64,000 bases of DNA from an uncultured Bacilli bacterium (GCA_947626825.1 CANQTM010000005.1:236-64235), one strand, 5' to 3'; shown: positions 26,720-37,322, numbered from the stretch's first letter. The notes: generated by a model not told the origin, from the sequence alone. A program made the numbers and translations.

Positions 26720-27267
26720 TGGAAAATGTGGCTAAACGATATGCTTTAGCACTTTTAAGTATTGCTAAAGATGAAAACAAAGTTCAAGAATATATAAATC
26801 AAATAGAAGAAATTATTAATATTTTCAAAGAAAATGAAGAATTATTAATTTTATTATCTAGTTATGGAATTTCTAATATAGAAAAAAAAGATTGTTTGAA
26901 AAAATGTTTTGAAAATAATATCTATGATTATATATTAAATCTTTTCTATGTTTTGATTGACAACAAAAGAATTGAATATTTGTTAGATGTTTGTCAAGAA
27001 TTTGTAAAAATAGCTTTAGAATCTTTAGCCATAAAAAAAGGCGTTGTTTATTCTACAATTACACTTAATGAAAAACAAATACAAAAATTAGAAAATAAAG
27101 TATCTAAAATAATAAATATGAAAGTTATTTTAACTAATGTTATTGATAAAAGTTTAATCGGTGGTTTCAAAATACAAATAGATGATTATGTTATTGAAGA
27201 TTCATTGAAAAAACGTCTTGAAACTTTAAAAGAAAATTTGTTTATAAAAAAAGAAGGAAGTGACTAG
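26719..27267 (+). CDS. atpH: F0F1 ATP synthase subunit delta
   Basis: 182 aa. The N-terminus VAKRYALAL and the C-terminus [23 protein letters not shown] are OSCP-like. Confidence 0.9.
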   Translation: MENVAKRYALALLSIAKDENKVQEYINQIEEIINIFKENEELLILLSSYGISNIEKKDCLKKCFENNIYDYILNLFYVLIDNKRIEYLLDVCQEFVKIALESLAIKKGVVYSTITLNEKQIQKLENKVSKIINMKVILTNVIDKSLIGGFKIQIDDYVIEDSLKKRLETLKENLFIKKEGSD

Positions 27268-27272
27268 CTAAT

Positions 27273-28784
27273 ATGGAAATCAAAGCTAATGAAATTAGTG
27301 CTTTAATTAAAGAACAAATAAAAAAATACCATAATAAAGTAGAAATGGTTGACACTGGATTAGTTATGAGTGTTGGTGATGGTGTAGCAGTTGTTTATGG
27401 TTTGAAAAATGCTATGTTATCTGAACTTGTTTGTTTTAGCAATGGTACTCTTGGAATGATTTTATCATTAGATGAGAATTCTGTAGGAGTAGTTATTTTT
27501 GGTGATGATAGTCAAATAAAAGAAGATGATGAAGTAACAAGATTAAAAAAGATTGTTGAAATTCCAGTAGGTAATGGTTTTTTAGGACGTGTAATTAATC
27601 CTTTAGGAGAACCAATTGATGGTTTGGGTCCAATTGTATCACATAAAAGTCGTCCAATAGAAAGAATTGCCCCTGGAGTAATAACACGTAAATCTGTTGA
27701 TACACCATTACAAACTGGTATTAAAGCTATTGATTCTATTATTCCAATTGGACGTGGTCAAAGAGAACTTATTATTGGTGATAGACAAACTGGCAAGACA
27801 GCAATTGCATTAGATACAATAATTAATCAAAAAAATAAAAATGTTAAATGTGTTTATGTTGCTATTGGACAAAAAGCTTCAACAGTGGCTCAGGTCGTAG
27901 AAAAACTTCGTGTTCATGGCGCTTTAGATTATACAACAATTGTTTCGGCAACTGCTAGTGAAATGGCACCAATGCAATATATAGCTCCATATGCTGGTGT
28001 TACATTAGCAGAAGAGTGGATGGAAAATGGTGAAGATGTTTTGATTGTATATGATGATTTAAGTAAACATGCTGTTGCATATCGTACTCTATCTTTACTT
28101 TTAAGAAGATCTCCTGGAAGAGAAGCTTATCCTGGTGATGTTTTCTATTTACATTCAAGATTACTTGAAAGAGCCGCTAAATTATCTAAAGAATATGGTG
28201 GCGGTTCCATTACTGCTTTGCCTATTATAGAAACACAAGCTGGCGATATTTCGGCTTATATTCCAACAAATGTAATTTCTATTACAGATGGTCAAATTTT
28301 CTTGCAAGCTGATTTATTTGCTTCAGGTCAAAGACCAGCAATTGATACTGGTTTATCAGTATCACGTGTTGGTAGTGCAGCGCAAATAAAAGCTATAAAA
28401 CAGGTATCGGGAACTATTAAAATTGAACTTGCTAATTATCGTGAATTACAAGCCTTTGCTCAATTTGGCTCAGATCTTGATAAAACAACAAAAGATACTT
28501 TAGATCATGGTGCTAAAGTTTATGAACTTTTAAAACAAAAACAATATGATTTGATGGATGTATATGATCAAGTTTTGCAATTATTTACAGCTAAATATCG
28601 TTTTATTAAAAAAGTTAAACTTGAAAAAATTATAGAATATGAAAATGAATTGCTAAATTTCATGCATACAAATCATCAAGATATTATTGATAATATTAAA
28701 CAAAACAAACAAATTCTTCCTGAAATAGAAGAAAAATTAAAAGATATTATTGGCAAATTTACTGACGATTTTGTTGGTGAATAA
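27273..28784 (+). CDS. atpA: F0F1 ATP synthase subunit alpha
   Basis: Walker A GDRQTGKT, plus ...[36 protein letters not shown]. Confidence 0.97.
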   Translation: MEIKANEISALIKEQIKKYHNKVEMVDTGLVMSVGDGVAVVYGLKNAMLSELVCFSNGTLGMILSLDENSVGVVIFGDDSQIKEDDEVTRLKKIVEIPVGNGFLGRVINPLGEPIDGLGPIVSHKSRPIERIAPGVITRKSVDTPLQTGIKAIDSIIPIGRGQRELIIGDRQTGKTAIALDTIINQKNKNVKCVYVAIGQKASTVAQVVEKLRVHGALDYTTIVSATASEMAPMQYIAPYAGVTLAEEWMENGEDVLIVYDDLSKHAVAYRTLSLLLRRSPGREAYPGDVFYLHSRLLERAAKLSKEYGGGSITALPIIETQAGDISAYIPTNVISITDGQIFLQADLFASGQRPAIDTGLSVSRVGSAAQIKAIKQVSGTIKIELANYRELQAFAQFGSDLDKTTKDTLDHGAKVYELLKQKQYDLMDVYDQVLQLFTAKYRFIKKVKLEKIIEYENELLNFMHTNHQDIIDNIKQNKQILPEIEEKLKDIIGKFTDDFVGE

Positions 28785-28805
28785 ATTTGAAAGGAATTAT
28801 CTTTT

Positions 28806-29654
28806 ATGGCAATTGGAATGAATCAAACAAAAAATAGAATACGTTCTATAGCTTCAACAAAAAAAATAACTAAAGCTATGGAACTTGTCGCCACTTCAAA
28901 GCTTAAAAAAGCTAAGGATTTAAATTTTCAATTAAATCCTTATAAAAATGGCGTTTTTGAAGTTGTTTCATATTGTGCCAAAAATATAAAAGATAAAGAT
29001 TATAAATATTTTAAAGAAAATATAAATGAAAAAAGTTTGCATATCATTATTACATCAACTTTAGGGTTATGTGGAGGATACAATATAGCAATTTTTAAAT
29101 ATGTTATGGAAAATATTTCTTTAAATGATGATTTAATAGTATTAGGAAGTAAAGGTATACATTATTTTAAAGAAAAAAAATTTAATGTTATTAAAGAAAT
29201 TTATGATTTACCTAATTTAAATTTAAAAGAAGTCATTTCTAATAATCTAGCTTTGGAAATTTTAAATAGTTATGATCAAGGAAAATATAAAAATATTAAT
29301 GTTATATATACAAAATTTGTTAATTCTTTAACATTTGAACCAACAAAAATAACATTATTACCAATAAACAATTTAGTTGATGTTCCAACAATAAATAAAG
29401 AATTATTATTGGAGCCTTCACCTAATGAAGTTTTAGATAATCTGATTCCTTTTTATCTAACTACTTCAATTAAATCATTGATTTTTGAATCAATGCTATC
29501 TGAACAAGCTTCAAGAAGAACTGCAATGGAAACAGCAACTGATAATGCTAGTGAACTTGAAGAAAAATTAGTACTAGAATTTAATAAAGCACGTCAAGCA
29601 GCCATAACACAAGAAATTACAGAAATTTCTGGCGCTGCAAACACATTAAAATAG
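28806..29654 (+). CDS. atpG: F0F1 ATP synthase subunit gamma
   Basis: N-terminus I..RI.S...T.KITKAMELVA.SKL.KA and C-terminus NKARQAAITQEITEISGAA. Confidence 0.93.
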   Translation: MAIGMNQTKNRIRSIASTKKITKAMELVATSKLKKAKDLNFQLNPYKNGVFEVVSYCAKNIKDKDYKYFKENINEKSLHIIITSTLGLCGGYNIAIFKYVMENISLNDDLIVLGSKGIHYFKEKKFNVIKEIYDLPNLNLKEVISNNLALEILNSYDQGKYKNINVIYTKFVNSLTFEPTKITLLPINNLVDVPTINKELLLEPSPNEVLDNLIPFYLTTSIKSLIFESMLSEQASRRTAMETATDNASELEEKLVLEFNKARQAAITQEITEISGAANTLK

Positions 29655-31067
<1,413 letters not shown>

Positions 31068-31068
31068 T

Positions 31069-31458
31069 ATGAAAATACATTTAAAAATAATTGATTTAGA
31101 TGGTATTTATCTACAAAGTGATGTTGATTTAATAAATATTGTAACAACATCAGGTGAATTAACCATTTTAGCTAATCATTTACCATTAATTGCTAATATA
31201 AAAATATCTCACATGTATACAAAAAATGATGGAATTATAATAAATTATGCTATAGCTGGTGGCGTCTTATTTGTAAGTGAAAGTGAATGTAAAATCATTA
31301 CCAATGCTATAGAAAATGAAGAAGAAATTGATTTTACAAGAGCTAATGATGCCAAATTAAGAGCAGAAGATAGATTAAAATCTCCTAATGATAATATTGA
31401 TATTAAAAGAGCAGAAATAGCATTACAAAGAGCTTTAAATAGGTTGTCAATGAAGTGA
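31069..31458 (+). CDS. atpC: F0F1 ATP synthase subunit epsilon
   Basis: 129 aa from the ATG at 31069, directly after the atpD stop. The track's upstream start lies inside atpD. It has the typical beta-sandwich plus helical C-terminus. Confidence 0.88.
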   Translation: MKIHLKIIDLDGIYLQSDVDLINIVTTSGELTILANHLPLIANIKISHMYTKNDGIIINYAIAGGVLFVSESECKIITNAIENEEEIDFTRANDAKLRAEDRLKSPNDNIDIKRAEIALQRALNRLSMK

Positions 31459-31679
31459 TTTTAGCCATAGATTATTCTTTATTATTAAATATTATTCATT
31501 TGTGTTGCTATCTTGTGGCCTTAGTTCCATCAATATTATTAGCTATGTCAATAGATTATCCTAAATTTATCAAAGCACGTTCTAATAAAATTTATTATTT
31601 TTGTGCTTTCGTTATTGGCGCTTGTTCTACTTTTTTAGTTGGTGAATTAATTTTTAACATACTAACTATGTTTATATAA
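31455..31679 (+). CDS. Small two-TM membrane protein, DUF1146/YwzB-like
   Basis: 74 aa with a GTG start overlapping the atpC stop. Its position after atpC matches Bacillus ywzB. Topology and length fit that family. Confidence 0.5.
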   Translation: MILAIDYSLLLNIIHLCCYLVALVPSILLAMSIDYPKFIKARSNKIYYFCAFVIGACSTFLVGELIFNILTMFI

Positions 31680-31740
31680 AACTATTAAGCCTATCTTATA
31701 TGGTCATTAATAGTTTTTTTGTATAAGATAACTTTTTTTA
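31680..31740 (+). terminator. Terminator region with two mutually exclusive hairpins, each followed by a T-run
   Basis: Stem A is AACTATTAA (31680-31688)/TTAATAGTT (31707-31715) followed by T5. Stem B is TATCTTATA (31692-31700)/TATAAGATA (31722-31730) followed by CTTTTTTT. Confidence 0.5.
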
Positions 31741-31750
31741 GGACAAAATG
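31721..31750 (+). promoter_or_regulatory. Sigma-F-type promoter candidate for the SpoIIQ-like gene
   Basis: GTATA-N15-GGACAAAAT, against the published sigma-F consensus GCATR/GYATA-N15-GGHRARHTX. The -10 matches 7/9 and the spacer is exact. Confidence 0.35.
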
Positions 31751-31769
31751 GTTATGAGGTGAAAAAATA

Positions 31770-32438
31770 ATGAATTCATTTATTTTAAAGGTAGGAAAAT
31801 GGTTTAAAAAATCAGCATTTGGTATCATAGTTACTTCTGTGGCAATGACTTTTGTTATATGCGTTGGTATTTTAATAAATAATAGAAATTCAAAGCCTGT
31901 AGTTAAACCAACAGATAGTGTTCAAACACTAGATTCAAATAATTCAACACCATCATCTTCATCAAGTTCTACAGAAAATATAATCGAGAAAATTAGAGTT
32001 CCTTTTACTGTTAATGCCAAAATTGCAAGATATTTCTTTGATTCAAGTGATTCAATTGAAATAAAAAGTCAAGCATTAATAAATTATGATAATAAATTTG
32101 TTCCATCATTAGGTGTTGATTATACATATGAAAATGAACAATTTGTTGTTGTTAGTGCTTTTAAAGGAAAAGTCGTTGAAAAAATCAATGATAGTTTATT
32201 TGGTTTAACAGTTGTAGTTGAAAATGATGAAGGTTTAAGAGCACATTATAGTGGATTATCTGATGTTAATGTTTATGTTGATGAAACAATTTCACAGGGT
32301 CAACAAATAGGTAAATCAGGAGAAAGTACCATAAATGCAGATTTAGGAAATCATTTACATTTTGCAATTGAATTTGAAGACACATACTTAAATCCATTAA
32401 AAGCTTATAACAAAACAATATCAGAAGTTATACAATAA
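31770..32438 (+). CDS. spoIIQ: SpoIIQ-like membrane protein with degenerate LytM (M23) domain
   Basis: An N-terminal TM helix, a Ser-rich linker, then an M23 domain. SLGVD replaces HxxxD (Ser for His), AHYSGL replaces the YxHL His, and the HLHF (HxH) motif is retained. Confidence 0.55.
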   Translation: MNSFILKVGKWFKKSAFGIIVTSVAMTFVICVGILINNRNSKPVVKPTDSVQTLDSNNSTPSSSSSSTENIIEKIRVPFTVNAKIARYFFDSSDSIEIKSQALINYDNKFVPSLGVDYTYENEQFVVVSAFKGKVVEKINDSLFGLTVVVENDEGLRAHYSGLSDVNVYVDETISQGQQIGKSGESTINADLGNHLHFAIEFEDTYLNPLKAYNKTISEVIQ

Positions 32439-32445
32439 TTTTGTG

Positions 32446-32474
32446 ATGACTAGATAATAACTAGTCATTTTTTG
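32446..32474 (+). terminator. Rho-independent terminator after the SpoIIQ-like gene
   Basis: An 8-bp stem ATGACTAG/CTAGTCAT with a 7-nt loop, followed by TTTTT. Confidence 0.65.
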
Positions 32475-32512
32475 CTTTTTTGGTGACTTATGTTAAAGAA
32501 ATAAAATAAATA

Positions 32513-32541
32513 TTTACAAAATTGCATTTTTTCAATATAAT
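32513..32541 (+). promoter_or_regulatory. Near-consensus sigma-A promoter of the orphan lipoprotein gene
   Basis: TTTACA (32513-32518), a 17-nt spacer, then TATAAT (32536-32541). Confidence 0.65.
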
Positions 32542-32582
32542 ATCTATTGAAAGACAAATATATGTATGAAAGGAATAATATT

Positions 32583-34037
32583 ATGAAACAAAATTTATTG
32601 AAGATACTATTATTGGCATCGACAGTTAGTACATTACTTGTTGGTTGTAATGATACACCTTCTTCAACATCAGATAGCGTTGATACAAACGCTTCTGCTT
32701 CAAGTAACGCACCTATTGAAATTGATGAAGATTTAATTTATGATGCAGAAAAGGATCAAAAAGAAGTAGTAATTGAACTTGACAAGCATATTTATTTAGA
32801 AAATGAAAGAATTGATGACGAAATCCATTCTCGTGTTACTAAATTTGATGTATGGTCTAAATCAGTTGAACAATTTAGATCAAAATTGTCTAACTTTGAA
32901 GCCACATTAGTTGATAAAAATAAATATGGTGAAAATTATGTCAAAATTGAAGCAGGAGCAACAAATGTAAGATATGTAAAAATTTACTATTACAAAACTG
33001 TCGAAGATGCAATTGCAGCAACTACAATTCACATGCCTACTACTGATGAAGAAAAACAAAAATTATTCAATTTGGAAAGGTATATTGAAACTGATAAAAA
33101 TACTGGAAAAATTTCATTAAGAAAAACTGAATCTTTTGTTGAAGATGGTACAGTTTATGTTGCTGATGCTAATAGACAAAGAATTAGAGGAAACACAGCT
33201 CCTAATACATATTTAACAAAGACTAATTGGTCAAAAAAGGATATTGAATATTGGTTTGACCCAGATAAAATGGAAGTAGGACATTATGATTCAACTAAAA
33301 AAACACTAGCACATTATGTAGCTAATGAAACAGATTATTATTGTATATCTCCACTACCAGATAATACATTTGAAACTGATCCTATAACTGCAACTTTTGC
33401 TTATGAAATCATAGCTGATAAAGATGGAAAAATTTGTTATGCTGCAAAAGTAGATTATAACGTTTCTGATCCAATAACTCCTACATCTAATAGATATTGG
33501 TCATATTACAAAGATTATAAGACAAATCCTGCATTTTCATTTAGCGATACTTATGATCCAACTGATACAACAGGAAAACAATTAGAATTCCAAAAAGTAT
33601 TACCTGAAGGTGGCTTATGGTTATTTGGTGTTAATAATCGTCATGATGCTGCAGATGCACAAATTGATCAAATTTGGAATCAAGTTTCTGGCCAAAATGG
33701 TAAACAACTTTATAATGATGCTCAAAATATTAAAAACACTATGGATAATGCAGCAATTGAATCAACATTAATGTCTGCAAGAATTAAAGATTCAGAAAAT
33801 AAAGGTGTTAGAGTATATCTTCCTGCTAATGCTGGACAATTATATGCTTATTATTATGCTGAAGCAGCTAATAATTATCCTGATTTAGTAGCTGAAGGAG
33901 AAAAAGTTCTTGATGGTATTTATAGAGCTAATCTTCCAGAAGTTACAATAGAAGAAGTTTTATATAATTACTACAACGAAAAGAGTAAAGAAGAAATTGC
34001 TGAATGGGTTGCTAAGTTTCCAACAACTTCAGAATAA
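32583..34037 (+). CDS. Orphan lipoprotein of unknown function
   Basis: From the ATG at 32583 (AAGGA SD): MKQNLLKILLLASTVSTLLVGC with an LVGC lipobox, then an S/T/D-rich linker and about 440 aa with no motif I recognise. The track start at 32547 adds 12 residues with no SD. Confidence 0.75.
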   Translation: MKQNLLKILLLASTVSTLLVGCNDTPSSTSDSVDTNASASSNAPIEIDEDLIYDAEKDQKEVVIELDKHIYLENERIDDEIHSRVTKFDVWSKSVEQFRSKLSNFEATLVDKNKYGENYVKIEAGATNVRYVKIYYYKTVEDAIAATTIHMPTTDEEKQKLFNLERYIETDKNTGKISLRKTESFVEDGTVYVADANRQRIRGNTAPNTYLTKTNWSKKDIEYWFDPDKMEVGHYDSTKKTLAHYVANETDYYCISPLPDNTFETDPITATFAYEIIADKDGKICYAAKVDYNVSDPITPTSNRYWSYYKDYKTNPAFSFSDTYDPTDTTGKQLEFQKVLPEGGLWLFGVNNRHDAADAQIDQIWNQVSGQNGKQLYNDAQNIKNTMDNAAIESTLMSARIKDSENKGVRVYLPANAGQLYAYYYAEAANNYPDLVAEGEKVLDGIYRANLPEVTIEEVLYNYYNEKSKEEIAEWVAKFPTTSE

Positions 34038-34055
34038 TTTATAATCAATGATATA

Positions 34056-34078
34056 AAAAAGCCCTTCATGGGCTTTTT
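34056..34078. terminator. Bidirectional rho-independent terminator
   Basis: AAAAAGCCC-TTCAT-GGGCTTTTT has a GC-rich core with an A-run and a T-run, so it can serve both the + lipoprotein gene and the - TspO-like gene. Confidence 0.85.
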
Positions 34079-34086
34079 ATAATGCT

Positions 34087-34524
34087 TTAATTTAATAAAA
34101 ATATGCCAATATTTAAATATAAAGCTAACATTAACCAAATTAAATATGGTATATTGAAATAAAAATATTTCTTATCTTTTTGACTTAAAAAATAAACAAA
34201 AATCCAACTTGTAAAATAAATAAGTACTAAAACTAATAAACCAATTAGATAAAAGCCCATAAAGAAGAAAACAAAGTTCCATATGGTATGCATGAATAAT
34301 ACTATAACATATAAAATATATATTCTTTTATCTTCAAATGTTTTAAATAAGCAATAATAAAAAATCAAATAAATAATACTCCAAGCTATTGGAAATGAAA
34401 AACTTGGTGGTGCAAATTTAGGTAAAATAATTTCATCATATTTAACTTTTCCAAAGCTTATAAGTAATCCGCTAATAACAATACATAAAATTAAAGGTAG
34501 TAAAATTTTAAGTTGCTTTTTCAA
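34087..34524 (-). CDS. tspO: TspO/MBR-family tryptophan-rich sensory protein
   Basis: 145 aa with 5 TM helices. LPKFAPPSFSFPIAWSIIYLIF and HTIWNFVFFF resemble the TspO signatures (KP.w.PP...F..vW..LY; N..Ws..FF). Confidence 0.6.
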   Translation of the reverse strand: MKKQLKILLPLILCIVISGLLISFGKVKYDEIILPKFAPPSFSFPIAWSIIYLIFYYCLFKTFEDKRIYILYVIVLFMHTIWNFVFFFMGFYLIGLLVLVLIYFTSWIFVYFLSQKDKKYFYFNIPYLIWLMLALYLNIGIFLLN

Positions 34525-34571
34525 AAGATATCACCAATGATAGAATATGTAAAAAAAATCTAAATTATACT

Positions 34572-35000
34572 TTATTTTTTTAGATTTTTTATTTTGTTTT
34601 TATATAAATCAATGGCTAAAGTTTCTTTTTTAAAGAAAAAAACATATTTTGTAACATCAATAATAACATTATTTATATTCATAAAAGTATATAAAATTGA
34701 TTTTAAATTTGTGTTTATTTTATTAGTATATGCCAAAAAATAATTTTGTTCATTTAAGCAAATAAGTAAAATTTTAAAATCTAAATTTTCAATATAAATG
34801 CCATCACTAGTCTTTTGAAATATTAAGTCATTTATATATAAAACATCTTTTAATGTGTCAGTGGAGATTATATATCTTTTGGCTTTTATTTTAATTGAAG
34901 TATTTATAATTTCATTTTCTGGAAGAAAATGACTTGAAAAATTTTCATCATATTTTGCTAACAATTCTTTATTTATATTTTGATAAATTGTATTGTCCAT
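34572..35000 (-). CDS. Hypothetical protein
   Basis: 142 aa, soluble, with an AGGAG SD and no recognisable motif. Confidence 0.45.
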   Translation of the reverse strand: MDNTIYQNINKELLAKYDENFSSHFLPENEIINTSIKIKAKRYIISTDTLKDVLYINDLIFQKTSDGIYIENLDFKILLICLNEQNYFLAYTNKINTNLKSILYTFMNINNVIIDVTKYVFFFKKETLAIDLYKNKIKNLKK

Positions 35001-35112
35001 AACTGTTTTGACTCCTTTAATATTATTATTACAAAAATATTTTTTATTAGCAATTTAAAAATATATTTTTAAGGTATATGTGTACTTTGATAATAAAAAG
35101 CAAAAAAAGTTC

Positions 35113-35141
35113 TTGCAATTTTGAGTAAAGAAGATTATACT
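35113..35141 (+). promoter_or_regulatory. Sigma-A promoter of the S10-spc-alpha ribosomal protein cluster
   Basis: TTGCAA (35113-35118), a 17-nt spacer, then TATACT (35136-35141). Confidence 0.7.
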
Positions 35142-35147
35142 TTACAA

Positions 35148-35270
35148 AGTAGTTTGGCAATGATGTGCGAAGTTGCTGAAACACGAATGTTCGTTGTCAT
35201 TAATCGTGTATTAAGGTTCTCGCACGGAGCAAGTCTAAGCCAAGAATTAGGCGAAAGGAGAAATATAATA
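35148..35270 (+). promoter_or_regulatory. Structured S10-operon 5' leader
   Basis: About 120 nt, distinctly richer in GC than its flanks. It has nested stems GTGCGA (35165-35170)/TCGCAC (35220-35225) and ACACGA (35181-35186)/TCGTGT (35204-35209), with a competing ACGAA/TTCGT mini-hairpin. Confidence 0.5.
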
Positions 35271-35582
35271 ATGGCAAAAACAAAAAAAATCAGAATTAGA
35301 TTAAAAGCTTTTGATCATAAGACACTTGATGCAAGCGTTGCTAAGATCATTGAAGCTGCAAAGAGTACTGGAGCAAATGTTGTTGGACCAGTACCACTTC
35401 CAACAGAAAAACAAGTTTATACAGTCTTACGTGCTGTTCATAAGGACAAAGACTCACGTGAACAATTCGAAATCAGAACTCATAAGAGACTTCTTGATAT
35501 CGTAAATCCAACAGCAAAGACAATGGATGTATTAACAAATCTTGTTTTACCAAGTGGTGTTGATATTGAAATTAAATTATAG
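35271..35582 (+). CDS. rpsJ: 30S ribosomal protein S10
   Basis: [20 protein letters not shown]... after an AGGAG SD. The track start at 35121 lies in the leader. Confidence 0.96.
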   Translation: MAKTKKIRIRLKAFDHKTLDASVAKIIEAAKSTGANVVGPVPLPTEKQVYTVLRAVHKDKDSREQFEIRTHKRLLDIVNPTAKTMDVLTNLVLPSGVDIEIKL

Positions 35583-35603
35583 TTGTAAGGAGGAACAAAA
35601 CAA

Positions 35604-36287
35604 ATGAAAGCTATTTTAGGCAGAAAAGTTGGCATGACACAAGTATTTGCAACTGATGGAACTATTCTTCCTGTAACTGTTATTGAAGTATTACCAAATG
35701 TGGTTATGCAAAAAAGAAATTTAAAAGATGATGGTTATGAAGCAATTCAACTTGGTTATGAAGATAAGAAAGAAAAGAATGCAACTAAAGCTGAAAAAGG
35801 ACATGCAGCTAAAGCTAACACAACTCCAAAAGTTTTCTTAAGAGAAGTTAAAGGAGACGAAATGTTAAAATATAATGTTGGCGATCAAGTTACTGTTGAT
35901 ATTTTCAAAGCTGGTGAACTAGTTGATGTTACTGCAAAAACAAAAGGTCATGGTTTTACTGGTGCAGTTAAAAGATGGAATAATGCTATTGGTCCTAGAG
36001 CACATGGTTCGGGTTATCATAGAGGAGTTGGTTCATTAGCTACATCAGGTAGATACAACAATACAGTTCGTGGTGGAATGCATATGCCAGGTCATTATGG
36101 TTATGAACAAGTTACAACATTAAATCTTACAGTAGTTGCTGTAGATGCAGAAAAAAATGCTCTTTTAATTAAAGGCGCAGTTCCAGGAGCTAAAAAGAGT
36201 TTAGTAATGATTCGCTCAGCTGTTAAATTCACTAAGAATGTTCCTGCAGCAAAGACACTTGTTGATTATAGTGCAAAGGCTGAATAA
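35604..36287 (+). CDS. rplC: 50S ribosomal protein L3
   Basis: MKAILGRKVGMTQVF... with an AGGAGG SD. Confidence 0.97.
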   Translation: MKAILGRKVGMTQVFATDGTILPVTVIEVLPNVVMQKRNLKDDGYEAIQLGYEDKKEKNATKAEKGHAAKANTTPKVFLREVKGDEMLKYNVGDQVTVDIFKAGELVDVTAKTKGHGFTGAVKRWNNAIGPRAHGSGYHRGVGSLATSGRYNNTVRGGMHMPGHYGYEQVTTLNLTVVAVDAEKNALLIKGAVPGAKKSLVMIRSAVKFTKNVPAAKTLVDYSAKAE

Positions 36288-36300
36288 GGAGGTCAAAAAG

Positions 36301-36924
36301 ATGAATTATAACATTGTTAATAAATCAGGTGAAGTTGTTAAAAATATTGAATTAAATGATGCAATCTTTAATGTTGAATATAATTCTCAATGTGTATTTG
36401 ACGCAATTATGGTTGCAAGAAACAATTCAAGACAAGCAACAGCAAAAACTAAAAAAAGAGATGAAGTAAGAGGCGGCGGTAAAAAGCCTTTTAGACAAAA
36501 AGGTACTGGACGTGCAAGACAAGGTAGTTCAAGAGAACCTCAAATGGTTGGTGGTGGAGTTGTATTTGGGCCAACAGGTATCCAAAACTTCAAAATCAAA
36601 CAAAACAAGAAAGCCGCAAGATTAGCATTAAAATCTGTTTTAACAGAGAAAGCTAATGATAAAAATTTAATTATTGTTGATGAATTTAATTTTGCAGAAG
36701 CTAAAACTAAAGAATTTGTTAAAGTTTTAGATGCAGTAAAAGCTGGAAATAAAATTTTATTAGTGGTAGAAGAAAATGATGAGGCAACAATCTTATCTGC
36801 AAGAAATCTTCCATATGTAAAAATTGTTTATCCAGAAGGTATCAATGTTTATGATCTTGTAAATGTTGAAACATTGTTAGTAAGTGAAAATACTTTAAAA
36901 ACAATTGAGGAGGTATTCGCATAA
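36301..36924 (+). CDS. rplD: 50S ribosomal protein L4
   Basis: ...GGGKKPFRQKGTGRARQGS... The ATG at 36301 follows AGGAGG. The track start lies inside rplC. Confidence 0.96.
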   Translation: MNYNIVNKSGEVVKNIELNDAIFNVEYNSQCVFDAIMVARNNSRQATAKTKKRDEVRGGGKKPFRQKGTGRARQGSSREPQMVGGGVVFGPTGIQNFKIKQNKKAARLALKSVLTEKANDKNLIIVDEFNFAEAKTKEFVKVLDAVKAGNKILLVVEENDEATILSARNLPYVKIVYPEGINVYDLVNVETLLVSENTLKTIEEVFA

Positions 36925-37295
36925 TGCCAGCAAAGAAAAAAGAAGAAAAGAAAGCAACACCAGCTGTTGCACCAGACAAGGCACATAAAATAATAGATCG
37001 TTATTTTGATATAATACTTAAACCAGTTGTTACAGAAAAATCAATGAAACTTACACAAGAACAAAACAAAATAACAGTAAAAGTAAGTGCTAAAGCTAAT
37101 AAAAATGAAATTAAAGATGCCTTTGAAGCAATTTTTGCTGTAAAAGTTGCAAAAGTAAATGTTGTTAATGTTAGACCAAAAGCAAAAAGAGTTGGTCGTT
37201 ATGAAGGAAAAGTTAGTGGTTATAAAAAAGCTATTGTTAAATTAGCTGAAGGCCAAAGCTTAGACCTATATTCAGAAGCAACAGCATCTGAATAA
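36924..37295 (+). CDS. rplW: 50S ribosomal protein L23 (N-terminally extended)
   Basis: Core ILKPVVTEKS... preceded by about 25 extra K/E/A/P-rich residues. Confidence 0.93.
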   Translation: MPAKKKEEKKATPAVAPDKAHKIIDRYFDIILKPVVTEKSMKLTQEQNKITVKVSAKANKNEIKDAFEAIFAVKVAKVNVVNVRPKAKRVGRYEGKVSGYKKAIVKLAEGQSLDLYSEATASE

Positions 37296-37322
37296 TAAAG
37301 AATATTATAGGAGGAAAAAAAT

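Noticed and set aside
35311-35505. 64-aa + strand ORF in an alternative frame of rpsJ
   Set aside because: It is embedded in rpsJ with no SD. The rpsJ frame is the conserved one.
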